DNA of 63,840 nt, filler included, from Aduncisulcus paluster (lineage: Eukaryota), in NCBI GenBank assembly GCA_024181965.1. It is 12 parts of 12 records of this genome, joined end to end, with 100 filler letters (N's around TTAATTAATTAA, not from the genome) between each part and the next. Parts side by side here need not be neighbours in the genome. Positions count along the whole stretch, not along the records: positions 1 to 9,626 come from BQXS01011372.1; positions 9,727 to 12,800 come from BQXS01011373.1; 10 more parts are not named here. One strand, given 5' to 3'. Positions 1 through 11,275 of the stretch are shown here, one piece after another. The notes below the pieces were generated by a model that was given only the letters and a program-made list of their open reading frames with translations, did no database searches and was not told the DNA's origin. The number at the start of each line of letters is the position of its first letter. Position 1 is the first letter of the stretch. Both the position numbers and the translations under genes were made by a program.

Positions 1-3000
1 CACAACTGACATAGTGGGATTCTTGATTGAAGAAGAAGAACTATTGATGTTGACAAGTTCTGTAGTGGATTGGTGAGGATGATGATCCAAGATAGTAGAG
101 GTCTTAAAATCAGTATCAGTAGCAGACATCCTTCTCTCAATACTGGGACGTTCAACACCATCATACACTTGAATATGAGAGTCGTCAGCACCAGCATCTC
201 GACCACCACCAATTTCGGCCCCGCCGATACTATGCCGGCTAGCCGAACTCCCTTGGTGAGTTTGAGGAATAGTTGGATTATGATGATGTGTACTTCCTAC
301 ACTCTGGCTTCGTAATGAGCTGATTGAAGCCCTGCTTGTAATAGACTCACGACCACCACCACCGTTTTCTTCCCTTGACACGACTGAGGATTGAGTTACC
401 CAGTCCTCACTTTCCCACCAATCTGTGCCAGCATCTGTGCCGCCAGACTGATCATCACGTTCATCAGACACCTCGCCCTGATTATGATTAGATCTATTGG
501 AACGACTCAAACTCGTCTTTGTGTGTTTTGACTTTTGACGACTTCTTGAGAAAAAAGATGAGGAAAAACAAGAGGAGGAAGAAGCCTTGGAGTCAATTTT
601 CTTGGATGAGATATGATTGGCCTTCCACCTTTTTCGTTTAGTTTTCTCCTTTTTCAATATTTTCTGTTGTAAAGACCAAGCCCTATAATAATACTTTAAA
701 AAGCGTAACAAATGAATATATTTCGAGTGAAACACACGCAATGGTCTGTTATCCTTCGCGAAACGACGTAACAATAGTCCAACACAAAGAATATCTCCAC
801 TTTTCCATGAGGAAGGGATGTGAGTTGGTGGAGAATGAGACAAGAGGAGCATTAAAAATGTTGATATAGATTTAATTGAGGAATCTGAGAAAGGCTGCGG
901 GATATTTGATTCATCACCAGATATTGTAGTACTTGGTGGAATAATAGCTCCTTTGAAAAGAGGATGGTGTTGAGTAATATGTTGAATGTTGTTCGAGGAA
1001 GATACAGAATTATTATTATGATTCTTCTCATTTCCAATGACTATTTTGGGAATAGATTGTTGTTGCCCGGATTGTTGTTGTCCTGATGGATGAGTACTGC
1101 TTGAAGGAGAGTCTATTTTTGGATTCTTCTCACCAAGAGGTCCCACAGAAGAAGTTGAAAGAACTGGAATGGACACTCTTCGTCTATTTATAGCTCCATC
1201 GGTATCGGTGTGTGAACTTGTATGAGAATGAGAATGAGAATTATTATTAATGCTATTATTAGTCCCAATCATGGACATCGATTGTTGTTGGATATGATGC
1301 AACGAATGATTTGTCGATGGAACAGACATTGTATGTAAGGATATCCTTGGAGTTGTCATGTTTCTTGGTTGTTTAGCACTTGATAAGGAAGTGGGGGCTG
1401 GGAATATTCCTTTCACAAAATTGGATAATAAAGCTGATTGGTCGTATTGAAAGAAAAGGTTCCAGACCATATTCATTGTCCTTGAGGTGACTTCAGACAC
1501 TCGACGCAACCTCAGTGTGACAAGTCCATGGCCTATTTTGTTAACTAGGAGACCACACAGCAATATAATGAAGAGGAGAAAGACACCACGGGACGGATAG
1601 AGGCATGTTTCATCAAATTGGGCTGAAGTGTCTTCAAAGAATTCAAAGGCAAGGTGATAGAGATTTTTTTCACCACGATACTCTTCAATACTCTCCAGAT
1701 AAGGTCTGCGTTTGATATGAATATAGATACACTCTCCAATCGCCTTTAATAACAGTAAAACGATTCCATTGAGAACTCTGAGACATGTTGTTCCAAAGCT
1801 AACATTAATATCAATCGAGTGGAAGGGAAGTGCATGGATAATTATAAGGAGGGACTTAAGCACCAGATACATCGAGGTAAGCAACACTAATAACTCACCG
1901 TAAATGAAGAAATATGTTTTAAACATAGGAATTAGAAGCAAAAAGATACACCCAGTGATAATAGCCACAGATGCATTGAACTGAGGAATAACGAGACCAG
2001 GGGTTTTAATTTGATTGAGAAACCTTGGAGAAGTGAAGACATTCCCATGAAGGAAGTTATTTTGAAGGATGCTATTCATTCTGTCATCACCTCTAGTCGT
2101 ATTATTATTATTCTTCACACGGTCAGTTTCACGGTCAGACATGTACCGAACACCTGGAGATGAAGGCATTGTCCCAGGCCTACTAGAATGAGACATCGGA
2201 AGGATTGATGACTTGGAAGCAGGTAACTTGACCTTCTTGATAGTTGCTTCAAGTGTACGTTGGATTATCTTTGATGAAGACGCACCATTTCCACTCCCAC
2301 TTCCACTAATACCATGAGTTGTAACACAATAAGATGGGACATCCAATGACTCATTTATGGGTGACTGAAGAAAGTTACTGCTGTTACTACCAGAATTATG
2401 GTGATGAGTGGTAGCAGTAGTAGTCGAGCAAGATGATTTTCGACGTTGTTGTCCAACATGCTCTTTGGTAAGCACTGTGGCTTGCAATAATCCTTCTGAT
2501 GCAGGACTGAGACTCTCATCACTCCCAAGCATTGAATCTCTTCTTGTTGCAGCAGAAATATGAGGTCCAGTGCCTCCAGATAAAGTGAGACTGTCGCTCT
2601 CGTGAAACGTTGTAACAGAGGCTCTTTTAGATAGATTGATCTGTCCTGAAGTAGATTGGATATTCCCACTAAGCATTTGTAACAGACGAGTGCTAGTGTT
2701 CTGGTTTGCAGGGGATGATAAAGACATTGAATATGAATATAATTTGTTAATCAGTGCTGCATTAGTGCCAGATGGCATTCCAGATCCTGTACTGGATAAA
2801 CTGGACCCTTGAAGAGTATGGTTTGAAAGTGTGCGACTGGGAATTAATCCTCTTGATATTTGTGCAGATGTATTAAAAGAAGGTTGACCACCACCTCCAC
2901 CTCCACTGCCATCGTCGAATCCAGTAGTAGGTCTGAAGGGATTTGGCAGGATATTCCCAGAGTTTGACCCATATCCACCAGAATATGACTCTGCGGTGAT

Positions 3001-4464
3001 TGTATGGGGAAATGATGGTGCAATGAACCCGTGATTGCTCGATCCTGACANNNNNNNNNNNNNNNNNNNNGTGCCAGATGGCATTCCAGATCCTGTACTG
3101 GATAAACTGGACCCTTGAAGAGTATGGTTTGAAAGTGTGCGACTGGGAATTAATCCTCTTGATATTTGTGCAGATGTATTAAAAGAAGGTTGACCACCAC
3201 CTCCACCTCCACTGCCATCGTCGAATCCAGTAGTAGGTCTGAAGGGATTTGGCAGGATATTCCCAGAGTTTGACCCATATCCACCAGAATATGACTCTGC
3301 GGTGATTGTATGGGGAAATGATGGTGCAATGAACCCGTGATTGCTCGATCCTGACACATTAGAAGCCATATAAGTGGACAAATTATAACCTCCTAGCCAA
3401 AAACGAAGGAACAGAGAGATCCATGCATATATAAAGAACGCACAGATACTAAAGATGAATATTGGGAACAGTACTTGAGAGAGACGAGAAATATTGAAAT
3501 CAAATGTCATAAAAAGGCCGACTGAGCTTTTTTGATGGACACGAATGATGAATGAACGGAAAGCAGAACATTTTGGAAGAAATTCAAGGTTTATGCTGGA
3601 TGATTGATAGAATGAAGAGGGGAAAATGTCAATGCCAGCAGAATAATTTAAATAGAAAGAGTTGACCGGTAAACAATCAATATATGAGCTATTGGGACCT
3701 TCTAACCATGATACAAGGCACAGTAAAATATTAAAAATCCCGGTAAATACATGAGATATTGAAAAAACAAGCACAGGAACTAAGAATAAGCCAAAACAGA
3801 AATGGGCAATCCGAGAAACAGAAAAACTCTTTGAAAGAGTTCTTTTTTGTGATTTAATCATATTATCTGCATGTGAACGGAATTTTATGCGACTTGATGG
3901 CTCAGTTTTGGTATTATTTATATGAGTGATAGGATCATGTGAATTCAGAACAGAATTATCAGTGGAATGCCTTGGACCAAAGAGTACACCCTTTTTCTTT
4001 AAAGAAAATGGAAAACTAATAGAAGATATATTGGTTGGGTGGAGTTTGGTCGGAGACGGGTAATCATCAATATCCATTGATGTTGAAGCAGAGGAATAAT
4101 AATCTGTATGCATTTTAGCCTCAATACTGTGATTATTTTCGAATAATTGATATAAATACAGGGTATACATTGAAATTGTGAGACAGAGAATGAAGATTCC
4201 GGCAGAACACCAAAATACCATGTTTAATTTTGATGAATCTGGTTGAATAAAAGGATTTAGTGATAAAATTGAGCCCAACAATTTAAGATCATCCTCTGAT
4301 GAAAAGAATGTGAGTAGCAAGGTACAACAAATTGATATAATGACTCCAATCTGAAGAAATCTTCTATCTTGCAACGCTTCAATATTTTTCCCTTGCATAA
4401 GAATAAATATTGGGGTTCTTTTTGGGTCAAAACCGCAGGGAGGTGGAAGAATCGCTCTAATCAT
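1..4464 (-). CDS. Large multi-pass membrane protein of unknown function with Ser/His-rich loops; 3' end runs off the window
   Basis: Manual translation from ATG 4464 (MIRAILPPPCGFDPK...) stays open through the N20 gap to position 1 (...SIKNPTMSVV). Several hydrophobic segments. Absent from the ORF track because no stop lies in the window. About 1386 codons after collapsing the false duplication. Upstream exons are possible. Confidence 0.75.
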   Translation of the reverse strand, partial: MIRAILPPPCGFDPKRTPIFILMQGKNIEALQDRRFLQIGVIISICCTLLLTFFSSEDDLKLLGSILSLNPFIQPDSSKLNMVFWCSAGIFILCLTISMYTLYLYQLFENNHSIEAKMHTDYYSSASTSMDIDDYPSPTKLHPTNISSISFPFSLKKKGVLFGPRHSTDNSVLNSHDPITHINNTKTEPSSRIKFRSHADNMIKSQKRTLSKSFSVSRIAHFCFGLFLVPVLVFSISHVFTGIFNILLCLVSWLEGPNSSYIDCLPVNSFYLNYSAGIDIFPSSFYQSSSINLEFLPKCSAFRSFIIRVHQKSSVGLFMTFDFNISRLSQVLFPIFIFSICAFFIYAWISLFLRFWLGGYNLSTYMASNVSGSSNHGFIAPSFPHTITAESYSGGYGSNSGNILPNPFRPTTGFDDGSGGGGGGQPSFNTSAQISRGLIPSRTLSNHTLQGSSLSSTGSGMPSGXXXXXXXXSGSSNHGFIAPSFPHTITAESYSGGYGSNSGNILPNPFRPTTGFDDGSGGGGGGQPSFNTSAQISRGLIPSRTLSNHTLQGSSLSSTGSGMPSGTNAALINKLYSYSMSLSSPANQNTSTRLLQMLSGNIQSTSGQINLSKRASVTTFHESDSLTLSGGTGPHISAATRRDSMLGSDESLSPASEGLLQATVLTKEHVGQQRRKSSCSTTTATTHHHNSGSNSSNFLQSPINESLDVPSYCVTTHGISGSGSGNGASSSKIIQRTLEATIKKVKLPASKSSILPMSHSSRPGTMPSSPGVRYMSDRETDRVKNNNNTTRGDDRMNSILQNNFLHGNVFTSPRFLNQIKTPGLVIPQFNASVAIITGCIFLLLIPMFKTYFFIYGELLVLLTSMYLVLKSLLIIIHALPFHSIDINVSFGTTCLRVLNGIVLLLLKAIGECIYIHIKRRPYLESIEEYRGEKNLYHLAFEFFEDTSAQFDETCLYPSRGVFLLFIILLCGLLVNKIGHGLVTLRLRRVSEVTSRTMNMVWNLFFQYDQSALLSNFVKGIFPAPTSLSSAKQPRNMTTPRISLHTMSVPSTNHSLHHIQQQSMSMIGTNNSINNNSHSHSHTSSHTDTDGAINRRRVSIPVLSTSSVGPLGEKNPKIDSPSSSTHPSGQQQSGQQQSIPKIVIGNEKNHNNNSVSSSNNIQHITQHHPLFKGAIIPPSTTISGDESNIPQPFSDSSIKSISTFLMLLLSHSPPTHIPSSWKSGDILCVGLLLRRFAKDNRPLRVFHSKYIHLLRFLKYYYRAWSLQQKILKKEKTKRKRWKANHISSKKIDSKASSSSCFSSSFFSRSRQKSKHTKTSLSRSNRSNHNQGEVSDERDDQSGGTDAGTDWWESEDWVTQSSVVSREENGGGGRESITSRASISSLRSQSVGSTHHHNPTIPQTHQGSSASRHSIGGAEIGGGRDAGADDSHIQVYDGVERPSIERRMSATDTDFKTSTILDHHPHQSTTELVNINSSSSSIKNPTMSVV
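2765..3356. repeat. 286-bp exact duplication (2765-3050 = 3071-3356) flanking an N20 scaffold gap; unmerged contig overlap
   Basis: Identical sequence GTGCCAGATGG...CCTGACA on both sides of the Ns. Confidence 0.9.
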
Positions 4465-4675
4465 ATAATATCAGTCATTAGAGAATAAAACAACCCACAA
4501 TTGAGCACAATCTCACAACTTAACCAAAATTTTAAAATATGAATTTATTATTATATTACTATAGAGACTTTTGGCTTGAATGGTCACAAAAGGGAGATTC
4601 AAGAGCCAACGAAATATGAAAGAAATGAAATCAATGATAATGTTAAAAAATTAATCAAAGGAAAGCCGTTCAATA

Positions 4676-4951
4676 TCATTTTAAGGATTGACTATAGAGA
4701 AAAGCGAAATATGATTTTTGATCGGTAGTTGCCTGTATTTCTGAGTCTAAAGAATATAATATATGTTTTAAGGAATGAATATATTTGATTTTATGTTCTT
4801 TTTGTGATTGAAGCGATGCTGTTGTCTCTAAAGCCTGCCCGATACCTGAAACGAGTTTTTCAATAGCTATTGATTCAGGATCCTTTGCAACGGCTTGTAA
4901 TTTACCAGAAATAGTTGAAGGATGTAAAATATTCTTTTGAAATATATCCAT
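4676..4951 (-). CDS. Small hypothetical protein (91 aa), helical
   Basis: ATG-initiated ORF with protein-like composition; no family recognised. Confidence 0.35.
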   Translation of the reverse strand: MDIFQKNILHPSTISGKLQAVAKDPESIAIEKLVSGIGQALETTASLQSQKEHKIKYIHSLKHILYSLDSEIQATTDQKSYFAFLYSQSLK

Positions 4952-5199
4952 GTGAATCCAAAAAGAAAATTCTATTCTCTACAAAAATAGTCGTATTCTG
5001 GCGCACTTCATACGTCCAGATTAATTCATGAAGTAAAAACAAATATTGAAATAATATACATATTATAATAATTTTTCTCGGTTTTTTGTATTTTATTTTA
5101 TTTTGAAAGACCCAAAATGAAAAAATGCCTGTTGTTGCCTTGTTACGACGGTTTGGCAACAATACATGCAATAGATTTTATAAAAAGTAGTCATAATTA

Positions 5200-5574
5200 A
5201 TGTCTATTGATTTTTCAAAGCTTGAAGTTAGCGCTGATCGTTCCTATTTGAAAGGATTGCTTGGCAAGGTTGTCAGAATAATTATAAAGGAAGATTTACG
5301 ATCTGGTAAAAGAACTATTGAAGGATCGATTGTTTCTATTGATTCTGAAAGCATTGTTGTAAATGCTTATGAGAAAGGCGAGGTTTGTGTTTGCGGAGCT
5401 GTAAAACGTATGTTTTTGTTTATTTTATCCTTTTTTATTAATTATATTCTAATATTAGTTATATTTTGTTTGTATATTGATTAATATCATAATATTGAAA
5501 TAGAATGTGAAAGAAGACTCACAAATACATGTGTTCCCTTTACTGAAATCAAAGATATTCTTTTATTGGCATAA
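5200..5574 (+). CDS. Sm/LSm-domain protein (NAA38/LSMD1-like), two exons 5200-5407 and 5504-5574
   Basis: Sm1-like LKGLLGKVVRIII..RTIEGSIVSIDS in exon 1. GTATGT..AAATAG intron 5408-5503 restores Sm2-like CERRLTNTCVPFTEIKDILL. Confidence 0.7.
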
Positions 5575-5722
5575 ATCGTGATAATTTAAAAAAAATTGTG
5601 ACAATATTATACAGTATTTGATCTTCGATGTCATGAATGATCTGTCATGACTCGAGATCATCTCAAGAATTATTCGAATAAATTTACGGATTTTTGAGAT
5701 TTATTTTGATTTTTTAAACCTA

Positions 5723-8176
5723 ATGATATTAAAGATTTGTATTGTATTTGTAATATTGGTTTTTATTTCATTTGTAAGTGCGGATCCAGTTTTCATTACT
5801 GCAGATGACATTGAAAGATATCCAGGTGAAAAAATCGTTGTCATTGGTAAATATAACGAGCATAAATACGTATTTGATTGGATGAAGAAGATAGATGACC
5901 TTTATATTAAATCCAATGAGTCATATCAAGAACTATTCATTGAATTAGACCAGCCTGAAAACAAGGAGTTACTTTCAGTGTTTCTCAACGAAAAGCTGCC
6001 AATATTTTTCATACAAGGGCCCTTTGACTCAGGAATAACACAATATACTCATATCAATAAGTATGATGATTTCGTTGAGACAATCCAAATATTATCGCAA
6101 AAACCTGACAACAGCCATGTTAGGACTTTTCAATCTGAAGAAAAACTATATGGTGCCGTTAAAAAGGAGAAAAAACCCATCATTGTAAAATTTTGTGTTC
6201 GAGAGAGTGCACATTGTGAGGCCTTAAAACCACATTTTGAAAGAGCATCTTCTTTGATAGATTCAAAGGTAATGTTTTTTGATGTTGATTGCAAGATATC
6301 GAAAAAGACAACAGAATTCTGCAACAAGCAAGGAATTGGAGAATATCCAACGATCGAATTATTTAATGGAAATTCTTGGATTAAATATGAAAATGGAAGG
6401 TCATTTTATGATTTGAAAGATTTTGCTCTAAAGCACACGGCCATCAATGAAAACTTTGACTTAGGAGTGGTTATGGGGGATGAAGAAGGAGAAATAATCG
6501 AACCAATATCAACGACCTTGCAATTAGCTAATTTTAAAGCGATTCAAGAAGATAAAACTCCAAAATTGATTGTATTTGGAGACATTTTCGATACCAAGAC
6601 CCAAGTAGGATATGGGGAGGTAGAAGAGGCAATTGAATTACTTGGAAGCAAGTTCCCATTTCCAGCATATAGAATTGAAAAATATCAGAAGATAAATCAA
6701 TCCTTTTTCAGCCAAATCAGAAGTTCTGATCTTCCCATCGTTTTCATCATCACCCCTGATAATATCCAACCTCAACGATACAATGGATTGATTTCAAAGC
6801 ATAAGATTGGCAAGGAATTGGAGAATATCCAACGATCGAATTATTTAATGGAAATTCTTGGATTAAATATGAAAATGGAAGGTCATTTTATGATTTGAAA
6901 GATTTTGCTCTAAAGCACACGGCCATCAATGAAAACTTTGACTTAGGAGTGGTTATGGGGGATGAAGAAGGAGAAATAATCGAACCAATATCAACGACCT
7001 TGCAATTAGCTAATTTTAAAGCGATTCAAGAAGATAAAACTCCAAAATTGATTGTATTTGGAGACATTTTCGATACCAAGACCCAAGTAGGATATGGGGA
7101 GGTAGAAGAGGCAATTGAATTACTTGGAAGCAAGTTCCCATTTCCAGCATATAGAATTGAAAAATATCAGAAGATAAATCAATCCTTTTTCAGCCAAATC
7201 AGAAGTTCTGATCTTCCCATCGTTTTCATCATCACCCCTGATAATATCCAACCTCAACGATACAATGGATTGATTTCAAAGCATAAGATTGTTGCAAGGA
7301 ATTGGAGAATATCCAACGATCGAATTATTTAATGGAAATTCTTGGATTAAATATGAAAATGGAAGGTCATTTTATGATTTGAAAGATTTTGCTCTAAAGC
7401 ACACGGCCATCAATGAAAACTTTGACTTAGGAGTGGTTATGGGGGATGAAGAAGGAGAAATAATCGAACCAATATCAACGACCTTGCAATTAGCTAATTT
7501 TAAAGCGATTCAAGAAGATAAAACTCCAAAATTGATTGTATTTGGAGACATTTTCGATACCAAGACCCAAGTAGGATATGGGGAGGTAGAAGAGGCAATT
7601 GAATTACTTGGAAGCAAGTTCCCATTTCCAGCATATAGAATTGAAAAATATCAGAAGATAAATCAATCCTTTTTCAGCCAAATCAGAAGTTCTGATCTTC
7701 CCATCGTTTTCATCATCACCCCTGATAATATCCAACCTCAACGATACAATGGATTGATTTCAAAGCATAAGATTGTTAATTTTATTGAAGATTTGCTTGA
7801 AGACCCTGACTATTCATATGTCCACGAATTTGTAAGTGAAGAACAACTCAGCTCCCTGAGTGCAAAGAAACCAGTTTTTGTGAAATATTTTGAACGATGG
7901 TGTGGACATTGTAGGGCTTTGAAGCCTCATTTTGCGAAAGCTGCAGAAAAATCAGCGGATCAATGTATTTTTTTGGAGGTTGAATGTTCAAAGAACGATG
8001 AAACAAAAGGATTTTGCCGCCAACAACGTGTAACAGGATATCCAACTCTACAACTCCTCACAACTCATGGAGAATGGGTAAATTATCAGGGAGGGAGAAG
8101 TGCACAGGAAATGAGTGATTTTGCCCTAAAATATGTTTCTCAAGAACAATATATGGATCAAAAAATAGATTTATGA
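5723..8176 (+). CDS. Protein disulfide isomerase family protein (signal peptide, thioredoxin domains, C-terminal KIDL); interrupted by an internal triplication
   Basis: Hydrophobic N-terminus, SAHC and WCGHC thioredoxin motifs, GYPTL/EYPTI motifs, KDEL-like end. Removing two extra copies (966 nt) gives one 495-aa ORF. Confidence 0.85.
6328..7777 (+). repeat. Three near-exact tandem copies of about 482-484 bp inside the PDI gene (starts 6328, 6810, 7294)
   Basis: GCAAGGAATTGGAGAATATCC...GCATAAGATTG repeated; unit lengths are not multiples of 3. Confidence 0.9.
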
Positions 8177-8303
8177 TAACACGACGACGAAATAAATTGT
8201 TTGGTCTATCGTATAGACTCTACTAGCCAATTAATACTCATTAATACAAGCACCTTTGATCCAATGGATCTGGGTGCTGGAAAAGGATGATCGACTTAAT
8301 TCG

Positions 8304-9626
8304 TTATTCTTCTTTTTCCTTTTCAAATCCTCTTGGACTCAAAGAAATCGGATTTCGATGCTCTACCGATCTACTCGAAATTGATGTTGAAGAAATGCTT
8401 ATAGGAGCTAATTCACTCGGTATTGAACTAGAATTGCTTGACGCTGAATAAATTTCATCGTACGTAAGATGATGACTACTGTTTGACTTTAAACAATCTA
8501 CAGGCACTGTTCCAATGGCATTGGTAAAAACAGGGCTGTCAATAGATTCGGAATGATGTGGAATGAACAGATCTTTTTTAGTTTTTTCTGAAGAAGAATA
8601 AGAATAATACAAAAATTCACGTTTTGATATTTCAGATTGCCACTTGGAATGACTCGAAGAATCGCTATCATGAATATATTTCATAGGGTCGTCACTTTTT
8701 TCACTCTCATCGTGATCTTTTTCGAAATAAGGAGAAACGTTGGATGTTGAGGAGTCCTCAACGTGTGGATATTTGTCTTGCGAGAGAGCAGCAATATCAT
8801 GACCATAAATTGGATGAGACATATGAGAAGGAGTATCTCGGATATCCTTTTCAGTGGTTTGAAGTTTTGACGCCATTGATGGAGTTTCATATTCCTTATC
8901 TCTTTCACTTTCTTCACTTTCTTTTTCACTCTCATAATGCTCTTTATCATAAATAATATCATGGGGATTAATTGTAGTTTCTTGTATCTCTGAATAACTC
9001 ATTGGACCACCAATAATAGTTCCAGAATATCCATAATGTTTCTGTTTCTGTACCATGTTAATATCGTCAATGGATGGAGTTTTGGATTCTCTCTCACTTT
9101 GGCGTTCTGATGGAATGGATGTAGATAAAACTGTGCCATCACTTTCTTTAATACTTTCGCTTTCCTTTTCAACAATATATCCACGGTAACCTCCATATTT
9201 TGCAAGCTGAGCCTTCACAATATCGTCAATGGATGGACATTCCCACCCTTCTCCAATCTTTGGAAGAAGAGGTTTGATGGATTGAACTTTCTCACAGGCT
9301 TCATGAACACTCATACGTTCATCAATGTCAACCTTTGTCAATCCTTCGAATATTTCATTCAGACAGGAATAAACAGGCTTGAACTTACCACCTTCAATGG
9401 TTTTTAGAGTTTTGAAAAGACGGGATTCACAGAGTTTTGGACCCATATCAGCCCGTATTAACCTTGACAATTGGGTGACAAATTCAATTTTGTCGATTCC
9501 ATGTAACACTTTCATTTGAAGGAAAGGATCCTGACCCTCGAAGACTGCTAACAGGGTCAGCCCGAGTGAGTAAGCATCGCTCTCTTGGCTGTGATATCCC
9601 TTGAGAGCTTCACAAGAGTTGTACAC
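8304..9626 (-). CDS. Lineage-expanded protein kinase, C-lobe plus Ser/Glu-rich tail (5' truncated at contig end)
   Basis: YNSCEAL (APE-equivalent), SDAYSLG (subdomain IX), ERMS (XI); near-identical block with the kinase at 49045. Confidence 0.8.
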   Translation of the reverse strand: MYNSCEALKGYHSQESDAYSLGLTLLAVFEGQDPFLQMKVLHGIDKIEFVTQLSRLIRADMGPKLCESRLFKTLKTIEGGKFKPVYSCLNEIFEGLTKVDIDERMSVHEACEKVQSIKPLLPKIGEGWECPSIDDIVKAQLAKYGGYRGYIVEKESESIKESDGTVLSTSIPSERQSERESKTPSIDDINMVQKQKHYGYSGTIIGGPMSYSEIQETTINPHDIIYDKEHYESEKESEESERDKEYETPSMASKLQTTEKDIRDTPSHMSHPIYGHDIAALSQDKYPHVEDSSTSNVSPYFEKDHDESEKSDDPMKYIHDSDSSSHSKWQSEISKREFLYYSYSSSEKTKKDLFIPHHSESIDSPVFTNAIGTVPVDCLKSNSSHHLTYDEIYSASSNSSSIPSELAPISISSTSISSRSVEHRNPISLSPRGFEKEKEE

Positions 9627-9726
9627 NNNNNNNNNNNNNNNNNNNNNNNNNNNNNNNNNNNNNNNNNNNNTTAATTAATTAANNNNNNNNNNNNNNNNNN
9701 NNNNNNNNNNNNNNNNNNNNNNNNNN
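9627..9726. other. Artificial contig linker N44-TTAATTAATTAA-N44; also at 12801, 16045, 27713, 30851, 34233, 48943, 51977, 55430, 58412, 61430
   Basis: Identical 100-nt six-frame-stop spacers; ORFs are cut at each. Confidence 0.98.
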
Positions 9727-11275
9727 CAACGTTGAGGGGAGAAACATCAGTATTTCCAGAAGAAACGTCATCCAACGCAAGTCCAAGTCTTTTTGTGGCT
9801 TCCTTTCCGATCGTTTCAATACCACTGCTGACTCGATATCCTTCTTCCACACTCCATCCACTCAAATGGTGCATACAACCAGTGTAGGAAATTAGAGGAG
9901 TATGAGGGGGTAAATATTCAGTGTGAGTCATATCAGTGTGAGAATCGGAATAAGATACCTTTTCTGAGTGCTTTGAACGAGATTGAAGGGTTCTTCCAGA
10001 AGGTGGAGAGAGGAAGGAAGGACATGTGCAAGAAGACACGACGGAAGGAATTGTCGGGAAAGGTTTTGATGAAGGCTTCATCGGATTATTTGATTCTTTA
10101 CCCAATGTGGATGACGCGATTGAGGGAACATTTTCGGACGAATGCGTCGATTGATGATCTGAAGAACACGATGTTTGGGATTTTCCTTGGTTCCTATGAG
10201 GACAAGACAATGAATGTGGAGTGAACAAAACTGGAAGTTTAAGTGAATTCATGGATAAAATGGCAGCATTTGATAATGCCCGCATTCCACGTCTGGTAAT
10301 AATTTGTGGCTGTAAATGAAGGTTGTCAGTCAGTAATTCATCATGCAGATCAAAGTCTAGAATCGGAGGAACCGAAGGAGTGGCAGTAAAGCCTTCCCTG
10401 CCAACATCTTCCTCATCTTCCAAGAGTTTTTCATGAGAAATATTCAAAGGGGGAATGGTATCTTTAAGGTGGTCAGAACCCACGAAAAGGGAGGAAGAAT
10501 TTCCACATTTGCCGTAATCATGAACAAGCTGATCAACACACGCATATTTTACAACAAGATGAGGCTGTTTGAACCGGCCATTATCGAAAAAGTCAGAAAT
10601 GCGTAAATTACCCGAGGATATTCGCTCTTGAGAAGCTTTATGATCTAAAAATAGGGATTCATTCTCACTTTTAACAATTTCTTTACAAAATAATGGCGGA
10701 GGAGCCACCAATTGAGTGAGGGAGAGAGGATACCAGGACTTTGCAACAAATATAAAGCATCCATGGGGGCCGTGACCGGCTATTGCATCAGAAAACAGTT
10801 TTTCCATATTTTGGGGTTTAATATTACCCTTTGTATAGCCAATAGCAAGTAGATCGGTCTGATTGTCAATCTTTGGATCAAGAAAACATGTCGAGGGGAA
10901 CATAACAGGGTTAGACAATATTTTAAACGCCAAAGAAAGCGATGACATATCAGAAGGATAATTTTTTCGATCATCAAAAGCTTTGTTCGTCGCTTTTTGG
11001 ACAGCTAATTTTATACTCTTTTGTACGGCAATTTTTGACTTCTTTTCATGTATAGTTTCTGTTCGAAGCAATTTTAAAGCAGATTTGTTCTTTTGGGTAA
11101 ACGATTGAATAAATTTCTGATAGTGAGGGGAATGTTTTCGAGCAGGATGGTTTTCGAGAGGTTTTCCAAGATTAGAATATATTAACTTTTGAAATGGAGT
11201 TCTATTATATGGATTTTCACTCTCTGTTGTTTCAGAATCCCGATCGCTACCGGTTTCCAGGACAAATTCTTTCAT
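9727..11275 (-). CDS. Hypothetical protein (3' truncated)
   Basis: Long ATG-initiated ORF of over 500 aa; no motif recognised. Confidence 0.65.

Noticed and set aside
5572-5574. Alternative genetic code (TAA/TAG = Gln as in hexamitids)
   Set aside because: Conserved genes end on TAA, TAG and TGA at expected positions, and long ORFs lack in-frame TAR.
9671-9682. Recurring TTAATTAATTAA palindrome
   Set aside because: Always centred in N runs; a synthetic contig spacer. Gene neighbourhoods across it are meaningless.
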